Shown here in pieces: positions 1 through 9,500 of a stretch of 64,000 nt of DNA. Under the pieces are notes generated by a model. The model was not told the origin of the DNA and searched no databases. It saw only the letters and a program-made list of their open reading frames with translations. The first letter of the stretch is position 1. Every line of letters starts with the position of its first letter. Source of the stretch: Thecamonas trahens ATCC 50062 (lineage: Eukaryota; Protista; Apusomonadida); NCBI RefSeq assembly GCF_000142905.1, contig NW_013657672.1, positions 390,244 through 454,243 of the forward strand, written 5' to 3'. Made by a program: the position numbers and the translations under genes.

Positions 1-1443
1 CGCCGGCCTGCGACGTGATCGATGAGCACGTCGCCACCGCGCCCACAGCGTAGGTGCTGGGCATGACTGCGACACCAGATCCGCGCGCAGAAGATCCTGT
101 TTCCAAAGCCTCGGCTTCAACAAAGACCGCATCTTCGGGAGTGGGGCAGCCGGTACTAGGGGTCGGGGCCGGAGTCGGGGCCGGGGTGGGGGCCGGGGTG
201 GGGGCCGGGGTGGGGGCCGGGGTGGGGGCCGGAGTCGGGGCCGGAGTAGGAGCCGGAGTCGGGGCCGGAGTCGGCGCAGGCGTCGGGGCTGGAGTAGGAG
301 CCGGAGTGGGGGCCGGAGTCGGGGCCGGAGTCGGGGCTGGAGTAGGAGCCGGAGTGGGGGCCGGAGTCGGCGCAGGCGTCGGGGCTGGAGTAGGAGCCGG
401 AGTGGGGGCCGGAGTCGGCGCAGGCGTCGGGGCTGGAGTAGGAGCCGGAGTGGGGGCCGGAGTCGGCGCAGGCGTCGGGGCCGGAGTAGGAGCCGGAGTG
501 GGGCCCGGAGTCGGCGCAGGCGTCGGGGCCGGAGTAGGAGCCGGAGTGGGGGACGGAGTCGGCGCAGGCGTGCTATGGCATGAGTTCTTACCACTCGAGC
601 TCTGCTTGCATGACGACTTGTCCGTGCTCTTCTTGGTCCCCGAGGACTGTTTCGTGTCCTTGGAATCCTTCGTATCCTTCGTATCCTTCGTATCCTTCGA
701 TCCCTTGGAACCCTTGGTATCCTTGGTATCCTTCGTACTCTTGGTATCCTTCGTACTCTTGGTATCCTTCGTACTCTTGGTATCCTTCGAGCCCTTCGAG
801 CCCTTCGAGCCCTTCGAGCCCTTCGAGCCCTTCGAGCCCTTCGAGCCCTGCTTCAGGTGTTAGTTCCCCAGAAAAAAAAATGGCAACCACGAGGATATCC
901 ACGCACGCATGATACGTTTGCAAGCTAACTTGCCCACCAGGCTCTGCACGCCCTCCAACCCAACGACCCCCTCACACACCATCTGCAGTGCCTGACATGT
1001 GCAATATGACACACACCAAGTCCACTTCCCCTCCCCCCTCCCCCCCCCCCCCCTTCCCCTTCACCACCGTCCCCCCCCCCCCCCCAACCCCTTGGTCAAC
1101 GACGTGGCCGACCAAGCCACCATCCCACACGTACTCTGGTCACCACCAGGTTGTGGCGACGGAGCGGCTCCTCGGCGGCAGAGCGGTCACGGAGGCGAGC
1201 CAATGTAGAAGCAAGCACTGCTGCAGTCTCGGCGACAACCTCTTCATGGTCGTCGTCGTCACCGGCTGCAGCAGGCTCCTTGCTAGGGTGTGGCAAGGCG
1301 ACCTTTGCCACCCCCTCGCGAACACCACCAGCGAACAAGCCAACACCTTGGGCTGCCTCGTCCTCGGCATGCACATACGCAACATGGAGCAGAACAACAG
1401 CAACGGCCACACAGGCCATGCCTACAAACGTTGCTGCTCTCAT
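1..1443 (-). CDS. Secreted low-complexity repeat protein (signal peptide, GSK/DTK/STK tripeptide repeats, PAPT mucin-like stalk); spliced, 3' end outside window
   Basis: ATG at 1443 gives [26 protein letters not shown] (signal peptide-like). Donor GTACGT at 1134, branch ACTAAC and acceptor CAG at 850-848. The exon from 847 reads GSKGSK...DTKSTK...[15 protein letters not shown]... and stays open to position 1. A small internal exon cannot be excluded. Confidence 0.7.
158..572. repeat. 12-bp coding tandem repeat (PAPT on minus strand)
   Basis: GGGGCCGGAGTC-like units repeated directly in the sequence. Confidence 0.9.
655..848. repeat. 9-bp coding tandem repeats (GSK, DTK, STK on minus strand)
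   Basis: CTTCGAGCC, CTTCGTATC and CTTGGTATC units. Confidence 0.9.
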
Positions 1444-2226
1444 GATGGCGAGCCGAGATGAGTATACCTTGAGTATTCTGGCTCTGGCTTCTCCCCCTCC
1501 CCCCCCCCCCCCCCCACCCCTACACATCTAGGTATGAAGGCATTCGGACACGCCAGACCATATGCCCGACAAAACCTCACAGCACACCGATCACCGCCAT
1601 CACAAGCTTGCCAATGCCAATGCTTGATGATGCGCGACAACAAGTTGCGCGAGATGTACGATGACGAGGTCGCAGCCTTGGGAGCCCGGCTCAATTCTCG
1701 ATGCTGTTGACAACATCATGCACGTCACGTCACCGAGTTCATACATGTGTGGGAATCAGTTTAATGATGCAGACTAGAGGGTCCACGGCCAGCCGAACGT
1801 CGGACGAAGCCCCTGACAGTAGGCAGGGACTGTCCGAGCCCGTCTGGGCGCAGACTTACTCGTGAGCCTCGTCATGCGCGTGAAGCGCTTGGACTTGGGG
1901 CCTGGCCTGAAGGCCAGGGCGTGGATCGGTCCGAGTTCATACAGTCAATGACAATCTGCCCTATTTTGCTGATCTCCTTCCCGCTGCAAACCCTATCACT
2001 CTCTCTCGCACACTATGCGCCATCCACCACCTTGACAACCATGGCAACCAACTTTTTATATCCATCACTTTCTCCTCTACCCTACGATACGTTCATCTCT
2101 TCGCTCGGCTCCCACGATGACCTCAACTACCTGTCCCTCGCACCGCAACGTTTGCAACGACTGGCCAAATTGGTGCGCGAGTTGGTACCCACACCTCTCC
2201 GCCGTTGCACGGTGCAGCACTTGTAC

Positions 2227-3462
2227 ATGATCGCCAACCCGCGGTTGCACCTGCCATCAATACATCAGACGGCTGTGGCGGCTGTGGTGGTGGTGGTGGT
2301 GGTGATGGGAGCGAGCCTGGCCGTGACGCCTGCCGACGGCGCTGCGGTTGAGCTCCACCTTGCGGCTTACAACGCGCAGGTGTGGGGCGTGACCAAAGCC
2401 GGCAAGGCCGAGGTGGTAGAGCGGACGGTGGCCATTATCCGACGGTACCACATGGTGTTTTTCCAGGAGATCCGCGATGCATCGCAGACAGCCATCTTTG
2501 TCCTGCTCGACGCGGTCAATGCCGCCGTCGCCGCTGATGGCCGAGAGTATCACTACGACATGCTGCTCTCGCCGAGACTGGGTCGGACATCGTCCAAAGA
2601 GCAGTATGCGTACATCTTCCGCAACAACTCGGTGGTGGTCGACTCTGCCGGGGTCTTTGACGAGAGCCTCCTCTCGCACGCCGATGTCTTTGAGCGCGAG
2701 CCGTACCTGGCGTCGTTCCGGGTTCTCGGCGCGGCGGCGAGTGCGCCGCTCCTCGACTTTGTCGGCATCCACGTCAAGCCATCCGACGCCATCTTTGAGC
2801 TCGGCAACATGTCTGCCGTCCTTGACACCCGCCCACGCCCAGCCATTGTGCTCGGCGACCTCAACGCCGATTGCTCGTACCTCTCGGTCGCCGAGGCCAC
2901 TTGCTGCGTCCCACTCTACGCCGATCCTGACTACACTTGGCTCATCGATTGGTCGGTCGACACCACCGTCAAGTCGACGCATTGCGCCTACGACCGCTTC
3001 ATCCTCCCGGCGCCCTATCTCCCTTTCCTCCGCCCGGGATCCGCCGTTCCTTTCGACTTTGCTGCCGCCTTCGGCCTCGACGCTGCTGCGGCCGAAGACG
3101 TCTCTGATCACTACCCCATCGAGCTTGTCCTCGACTACCCGGCTGCTGAGGCCGTGCCGCCCGGGCCACCCCCACCGCCACCACCATCGCCCACAGCGCT
3201 CCCGCCTCCACCTGCCTCAACCACCACCCCCGCCTCGACTTCTATATCGAATGGCACAGTGCCTGCTCCGTCACCGTCGCCGCTTGTCACCTCGTCAGGC
3301 GCTGTCGTCATTGCCGCCGCTATCGGCGTCGGCTGCGTCATCGTCACCGCCGCCGTTGTCGTCTTTATCCTCCATCGCAAGAACCGGCTCTGCTTCGCCA
3401 TTCCCAATTACGACCTTGACACCATGCTCGACGCCTACGGCCCATCTGCCAGCGAGCCGTAG
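2227..3462 (+). CDS. Deoxyribonuclease I family protein with Pro/Thr stalk and C-terminal transmembrane helix
   Basis: DNase I motifs AAYNAQ, FQEIRD, SPRLGRTSSKEQYAYIFR, DVFEREPY, GIHVKP, GDLNADCSY, DTTVKSTHCAYDR, SDHYPIE. Hydrophobic N-terminal segment; TM AVVIAAAIGVGCVIVTAAVVVFIL followed by HRK. Start codon uncertain. Confidence 0.92.
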   Translation: MIANPRLHLPSIHQTAVAAVVVVVVVMGASLAVTPADGAAVELHLAAYNAQVWGVTKAGKAEVVERTVAIIRRYHMVFFQEIRDASQTAIFVLLDAVNAAVAADGREYHYDMLLSPRLGRTSSKEQYAYIFRNNSVVVDSAGVFDESLLSHADVFEREPYLASFRVLGAAASAPLLDFVGIHVKPSDAIFELGNMSAVLDTRPRPAIVLGDLNADCSYLSVAEATCCVPLYADPDYTWLIDWSVDTTVKSTHCAYDRFILPAPYLPFLRPGSAVPFDFAAAFGLDAAAAEDVSDHYPIELVLDYPAAEAVPPGPPPPPPPSPTALPPPPASTTTPASTSISNGTVPAPSPSPLVTSSGAVVIAAAIGVGCVIVTAAVVVFILHRKNRLCFAIPNYDLDTMLDAYGPSASEP

Positions 3463-3670
3463 TCCGCCCCCCCCCCCCCCCCCTCCCCCCCCTCACCAGC
3501 CTGAATGAAGCCCCCGGCCACCCACCCACCGCACATGCGTCACACGCCCGACACCAGCACGACCAGGACCAGCAAGACAACCAGGACCAGGACCAGCAAG
3601 CACCCCCCGCCCAACCCAATACCACCCCACTCCCCACACGTATACCCCCCCCCCCCCCTCCCACCCGTTT

Positions 3671-6589
3671 GTGGTCAATCTGGTGACAAACAAGAAGCTG
3701 GGCAAGAAGGCGGTGACACAGATCGATGTCATGACCGAGGAGCGGGTCATGGTAGCACTGGCAGACACTTACGTCCACATCCTCCGCGCCGACGACATCG
3801 AGGTCATTACCAAGCTCTCGGCCACCAAGGGCGCGTCGTCGTATGCCCTCGACGCCTCAGGCCTCACACCACGCCTCGCCGTCTGCACGCGCAAGAAGCT
3901 GCTTTTCTTCCGCTGGGCGCCCGAACAGGGCACCTTTGCCTTTTGGAAGGAGCTGGTCACGCCGCAGGAAGCCAAGGCCATCGTCTGGGCCGGCGACTCG
4001 GTTTGCGTCGGCTTCCGCCGCGAGTACTCGCTCATCCACGTCTCATCGGGCTCGACCACCGAGCTCTTTCCCACCGGCGGCGGCGAGCCGTCGTGCCTCC
4101 TTGTTCCCGATGCCAACATCCTGCTCGGCAAGGAGCACCTCTCGGTCTTTGTGGGCTACGACGGCAAGCCGTCGCGCAAGCAGGCCCTCGCCTGGTCCGA
4201 GCTCCCGCTTGCCGTCGCCTACTCGTTTCCTTACGTCCTGGGCCTGCTCTCCAAGTCGATCGAGGTCCGCTCCATGCACACCCAGAATCTTGTCCAGGCC
4301 ATTCCGCTCACCAAGCCACGGTTCCTCACCGCCAAGGGTTCTGCCGTCTATGTCGCTACCACGTACTCGATCTTCCGCCTCATCCCCTTCCCGCTTCCCA
4401 TCCAGATCAACGAGCTCGTCGAGGAGCGCCTATATGAGGAGGCCATTTGCCTTACCGAAGTCGCCCCGGGCATCGAGTCCATCAAGCGCCAGGAGCAGCT
4501 CCTCTACATCCGCATGCTCTACGCCTTTTCGCTCTTTGTCAAGGGCTCATACGACGCCGCCATGCGCCTCTTCTTCCAGCTCAAGGTCAACCCGGCCCAG
4601 ATCATCTCGCTCTTTCCAGACCTTCTGCCCATGGAGATGCGCCTCGGCTACAAGTACCCGTTCAACATGCCCGAGCTGACCGGGACCCAGCTCGATGCAG
4701 CGCTCGAGGCCCTGGTCAAGTATCTGCCGCAAGTCCGCTCCGCCCTCATCCGCCAGGCTCAGTCGCGGACTGCTCGCGCCGCGCTCCTCAAGTTTGAGGC
4801 GGAGACCGGTGAGGCCGTCCTGGATGACACTCTTGCAAAACCCGCCTCGGATGCAGCCTCACCCGACGTTGCCGGCCCATCCAGTGGGCCAGAGCTCGAC
4901 CCGGCCGAAGATACCATCGATCCTTCTCGCATCGTCCTCCTTGGCACCCTCTCCTCCGGCTCGACCATCATGTTTGTCGACCCGGCGGACCCGTCGACCG
5001 TCCTCACCCTCTTCCGTGACACCAAGGTCCTCCGCCAGATCGTCGACACCTCGCTGCTCAAGGCGTATCTCAAGGTCCAGCCCTCGCTCGCTCGCTCGCT
5101 CCTCCGCATCGACAACGCGTGCCACGTCGAAGAGTGCGAGGACGTGCTCATCAAGGCCGCAAAGTTTGAGGAGCTCGTTCTCCTGTACAAGTCCAAGGGC
5201 CTTCACCGCAAGTCACTCGAAATGCTCCGCAAGCTCGCCAAGAACCACTCGACGGGCCCCATGTCCGGTCCGACGCCGTCCATCGAGTACCTACGTGACC
5301 TTGGTGTCGACCACCTCGACCTCATCCTCGAGTTCTCCGTCTGGATTCTCGCCTCGCACCCCAAGTCGGCCCTCTCCATTTTTACCCACGACAACGAGGC
5401 CGTCCGCTCGTTGCCGATGGACTCCATCGTCGCCCACATCGAGTCGCATGCTCCAACGGTGGCTCAGGCCTACCTCGAGTACGTTGTCTTTGACCGCAAG
5501 TCTACCTCGAGCAAGCTGCACAACAAGCTTGCCTTTACCTACCTCAACGCCGTCGTTACAGCGCTCAAGGCTGCGCCGCGGGCAAAGTCGGCTGGCCCGG
5601 TCAAGGTCGCCAACGAGCGCGGAACGCTCGCCACCGTTCGCGGCCAGCTCCTCGACTTTTTGCGTGCCTCTACCCACTACGAGCCCGCCCGCATTCTCTC
5701 GCGCCTTGCCCAGCTGAAGCTCGAGGAGACCGAGCTCTACGAGGAGCGCGCCGTTCTCCTCGCCGGCCTCGGCTCGCACGAAGAGGCTCTCATTATCTAC
5801 GTCTACGGCCTCGCCGACCACGACATGGCCGTCGAGCACTGCAACCGCTACTACGACCCCGAGCTCGAGAGCCACCGCGATGTCTACCTCACCTTGCTCA
5901 AGGTCTACCTCGCCCCGCCAGAGACCATCCCCGCCCAGCCCGAGCCCGCCATGGACCTGCTCAACGCCTACTCATCGCGCATCGACATCCCGCGCGCCCT
6001 CGAGCTCCTCCCACCCGACACGCCACTCGCCTCGCTCCTCCCCTTTTTTGACGCTGTCCTCAAGTCGAAATCCGAGCTCTACCGCCGCAACCTCGTCCTC
6101 CGCAACCTGCTCCGCTCGGAGAACCTTCTCGTCCGCGAGCAGCTCATACAAGAGCGCTCGCGCTATGTCGTCATCGAGGAGAACCGCATGTGCGGCGTCT
6201 GCCACAAGCGCATTCTCTCCTCGCAGTCGTTCGCCGTCTACCCCAACAACGTCGTTGTCCACTACCGCTGCGCCTCCAAGGACCGCGATGTCTGCCCGGT
6301 CACCGGCATTCGCTTTACTGCCAAGAAAAGTAAAAGCCACACGGCCTGTTACGGCCGCGGACACACAAACTCCTCGCCGCGTAGCGTCCACACGGCGTCC
6401 GGCGGCGGCGCTGCGCCGGCCCACAGCAAGCCGAGACCGCCGACCCGGAACAGCTCCTTGCCGCTCGCATCGCGCCACACGCTCGTTGCTGCGCCGCCGG
6501 CCACCAGCCAACTCTTGTGCACACACCGCACCATGTCGACCGGCGGCGGCTCGCTGCTGTTCGTCGCCACCATGCCCAACACTGCGTAG
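3671..6589 (+). CDS. VPS39: Vps39/Vam6 HOPS subunit (CNH propeller, helical repeats, C-terminal zinc finger); N-terminus not resolved, true stop possibly near 6333
   Basis: CNH-like WAGDSVCVGFRREY and FPYVLGL; VDTSLLKAYL, NACHVEECEDVL, ELVLLYKSKGLHRKSLEML, LYEERAVLL; CGVCHKRI...FAVYPNNVVVHYRC. Confidence 0.9.
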   Translation: MVNLVTNKKLGKKAVTQIDVMTEERVMVALADTYVHILRADDIEVITKLSATKGASSYALDASGLTPRLAVCTRKKLLFFRWAPEQGTFAFWKELVTPQEAKAIVWAGDSVCVGFRREYSLIHVSSGSTTELFPTGGGEPSCLLVPDANILLGKEHLSVFVGYDGKPSRKQALAWSELPLAVAYSFPYVLGLLSKSIEVRSMHTQNLVQAIPLTKPRFLTAKGSAVYVATTYSIFRLIPFPLPIQINELVEERLYEEAICLTEVAPGIESIKRQEQLLYIRMLYAFSLFVKGSYDAAMRLFFQLKVNPAQIISLFPDLLPMEMRLGYKYPFNMPELTGTQLDAALEALVKYLPQVRSALIRQAQSRTARAALLKFEAETGEAVLDDTLAKPASDAASPDVAGPSSGPELDPAEDTIDPSRIVLLGTLSSGSTIMFVDPADPSTVLTLFRDTKVLRQIVDTSLLKAYLKVQPSLARSLLRIDNACHVEECEDVLIKAAKFEELVLLYKSKGLHRKSLEMLRKLAKNHSTGPMSGPTPSIEYLRDLGVDHLDLILEFSVWILASHPKSALSIFTHDNEAVRSLPMDSIVAHIESHAPTVAQAYLEYVVFDRKSTSSKLHNKLAFTYLNAVVTALKAAPRAKSAGPVKVANERGTLATVRGQLLDFLRASTHYEPARILSRLAQLKLEETELYEERAVLLAGLGSHEEALIIYVYGLADHDMAVEHCNRYYDPELESHRDVYLTLLKVYLAPPETIPAQPEPAMDLLNAYSSRIDIPRALELLPPDTPLASLLPFFDAVLKSKSELYRRNLVLRNLLRSENLLVREQLIQERSRYVVIEENRMCGVCHKRILSSQSFAVYPNNVVVHYRCASKDRDVCPVTGIRFTAKKSKSHTACYGRGHTNSSPRSVHTASGGGAAPAHSKPRPPTRNSSLPLASRHTLVAAPPATSQLLCTHRTMSTGGGSLLFVATMPNTA

Positions 6590-9500
6590 TGCTCCGACGG
6601 TGCCACGCCGCGCCACACGTAGACCTCGGTCTTGCCGCGCGTGCACTTCCACGCAAGATGCCATCGCGCCACCGGCGGCGCAAAGAACGCAATGACCTCG
6701 CCCAACACATCCGACTTTTGGAACCGTGTCACTGACCGGTCGCGGACCACCAGCGAGTACACTTCGCCCTTCTTTGGCGCCTTGTGAGACGATGCTGCGG
6801 CGTGGCCCACCACCACAGCCTCCTTGTTGCGTGCCTTGAGCATGCCGTCCTTGGGTGCCCAGATCGAGCCCTTGGACTTGGCCATCGAGCCCTTGGAGTT
6901 CCACACCTCGGTAAAGTCCTTGCACACCTCCATGCTCACCTCGATCTGCGCCAGCACATCGCTCGCCACTGGGCAGGAGCCTGGTGCGCCAACTGCCGTC
7001 GACGGTCCAGGCGCATCGCTACTTCCGGCAGGCGCGGTCACAGCCGGCACGACCGGAACAACCGGCACCACCGCCCCAACCTGGGCAGGCCCGTCGGCCA
7101 CGCTCGCCACGTTGGCCGACCGCGACCACTCCTCGTCGTCGGGATCGGTGAAGGTCTCGCGGAACTCAGCAAAGTCGATACGTCCGTCACGCGACACATC
7201 CATGGCCTGCACAAGATCCTTGAGCGAGCCCGGCGTCATGTCGAGCCCGAGCCACCGGAGACCGGCGTACAGCTCGTCGGTCGTGAGCACGCCGTCGGCG
7301 TCGTGATCAAACGCCCGGAACGCGTCGCGAAGGAAGAGCCCACGCGCACGCATCAGCGCCCGAATCCGCGCCACTGTTGCCCGGAACTGGAGCAGGTGGA
7401 ACTCGTCCTGCGTCACAAACAGCCGCGCTAGCGGCGTCTCGTGCCACGGTGCCTGCGACCGCCGACGCGCCGCCCGCGCCCGCTCAAAGAACGCCGCCCG
7501 CAGTCCGAGCTCGTTTTTCTGCAGCGCCCGCAGGAGCATGTTGAGTGCCTTGTCCGCGTAGTCGGTGTCCGAGTCAAAGTACCGCAGCACAGACTCGGCC
7601 ATCAGCGCCTGGTACGGCGACGCCGCCCGGAAGCCGGGCGTCGCGTCTAGGACTCGCGAACCAACCCGGAGCGAGAACCCGAGTCCATTCACATTCTCGC
7701 CAAACACCCCGCCCAACGAGCCGCTCGTCTTGGCGAGGTGGATTGCCCGCCGCAGGCTGGCCGCCTCGGCAAGGTCGACCGCCACAAAGTGCCGGCTCTC
7801 ATCCAGCCCGTAGAACGTATGGCCCGCCATTGCGGCCTCGAGCTCTTCCAGCGACAGCCGCCCATCGCCGTCGCCGTCCATCACCGCCGCCACCGCACCT
7901 GCACCGCCGGACGCGACGTCGACGTCGAGCGCCTTGAGCAGCTCGCGCGTCTCACTCGCGCTAAGGCTCCCATCGCCGTCGGTGTCGTACAGCGCAAACG
8001 CAGACTGCAGCGCCTCGCGCTGCCCAGGCGTCAGACCGCCACCATCGGCCTCGCCTCCGCTTGGGGTGCTCGTCGTCGGCACCAGCTCGAGCACCACCAC
8101 GACGTTCTTGATCCGGCGATACTTGCTCGACCCGCTCCTCACACCCTCACTCCACGCTGCAGGGTAGTAGTTGTTCGAGAGGCCGACAAAGGCCGGGAAA
8201 GCCATCACCGGCGACGGCCCGGCCTTGGTCGCCACGCTAAAGTCGGAGAGCGGATACAGCGGGCTCGAGCTGCCAACACCGGTGTGCTCTGCCAGCTGTG
8301 CAAGCGTGTAGGTGTGCGGACCCTCACCGTCTCGGGCGTACTTGACTGCCGCCGCCTGCATGGGCACCCGCTCCTGCTCCTTCTCGATCTCCATCTCCTG
8401 CTCCTGCTCCTGCTCCTGTTCCTGCTCCTGCTCTTGCTCCTGGACCTGCTCAGAGCCAAACGAGCGCTCCTTGGCGTCGTCGGCAGCGTCACTTTCAGCC
8501 GCGGGAGCCGCCTTTTCAGTCGCCGACACCATGGAGATAATCTCGGAAGCGGTTGACGATGCCTGGGCGCTGAGGAACGGTGCATGGTCCGCCACCGCAG
8601 CTTCAAGCTTCTGAGTGTACGAGGTCAGCTGCGGCACGCAGTTGGCCACCGACATGTCAACCGGCTCACGGAAGAGGGCGAGCGCGTCGCTCGGCACACT
8701 GGCGAAGGTCTTGTCGGCGGTCAGCTGGCCAAACGCGGCCTTGCGCCACAGGTTTCCGAGGTTCTGCTCACACAGCAAGTTAAACTGCAGCTTCTCCGAC
8801 TTCATCTGGTTGATGTTGAGCCACGCTGCGACGTTGGCAAGCATGTCAGTTCGCGCGGCCCCACGGCTCGGTCCGCGGCCGGCTGCCACCTGCCGCTCGA
8901 TGAGATTTGCAACCTCTGGGATGATGAGGATATCCAGGGTCTGGCCCTGACCAATGCCGCGCATGCGGAATGCGCCCTGCGCATAGTCGCGGAAGGTCAT
9001 GTCCTTGCCGAGCGTGATTGCCGCCTTTGCCGTAAAGTGCTGCTTGATGTCCATGCCGGTGGTGTGAACCTGGTCGTAGAACGAGAAACGCTTCGCCTTG
9101 GCCACGCCGCACGCCGCAAGCTTCATCACCTTGCGTCCGGCCCGGAGCAGGATCATCTTGCAGTCAGCCTCGTCGAGGTAAACCACGCCATCCATGCCCT
9201 CGAGACCGGCGTCGAGCAGGTACTCGGCCACCTCGTAGTTGGAGTAGCCAGTGACGAGGGCGCCAGTATCAATGAGCGCGTGGTACGGCGGGTTCGCCTG
9301 CGCCACAGCGTCGAGCACTGACTTGACGGTCCAACCCGGCGCAAGCACACGATGGGTCATCACCTGCGGCGAGGTGAGGAAGTGCATGATCTTGCCGTCG
9401 TCGCCGCGCTCAAAGTGGCACTTGCCAAACTCGAGCGGAACAAGATCCGACGGTGTGCCTGAGAAGCCAACCCGCCGGCCAAACAGGAGCTCGCCGCCAA

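Noticed and set aside
54-863. Plus-strand GAGV-repeat ORF (silk/elastin-like)
   Set aside because: Antisense shadow of the minus-strand PAPT/GSK exon, which has splice signals and a signal-peptide exon
1760-1950. Group I intron-like GCAGACTAGAGGG or a further C/D snoRNA (ATGATGC..CTGA)
   Set aside because: No matching S element for P7 pairing, no terminal stem and no recognisable rRNA guide
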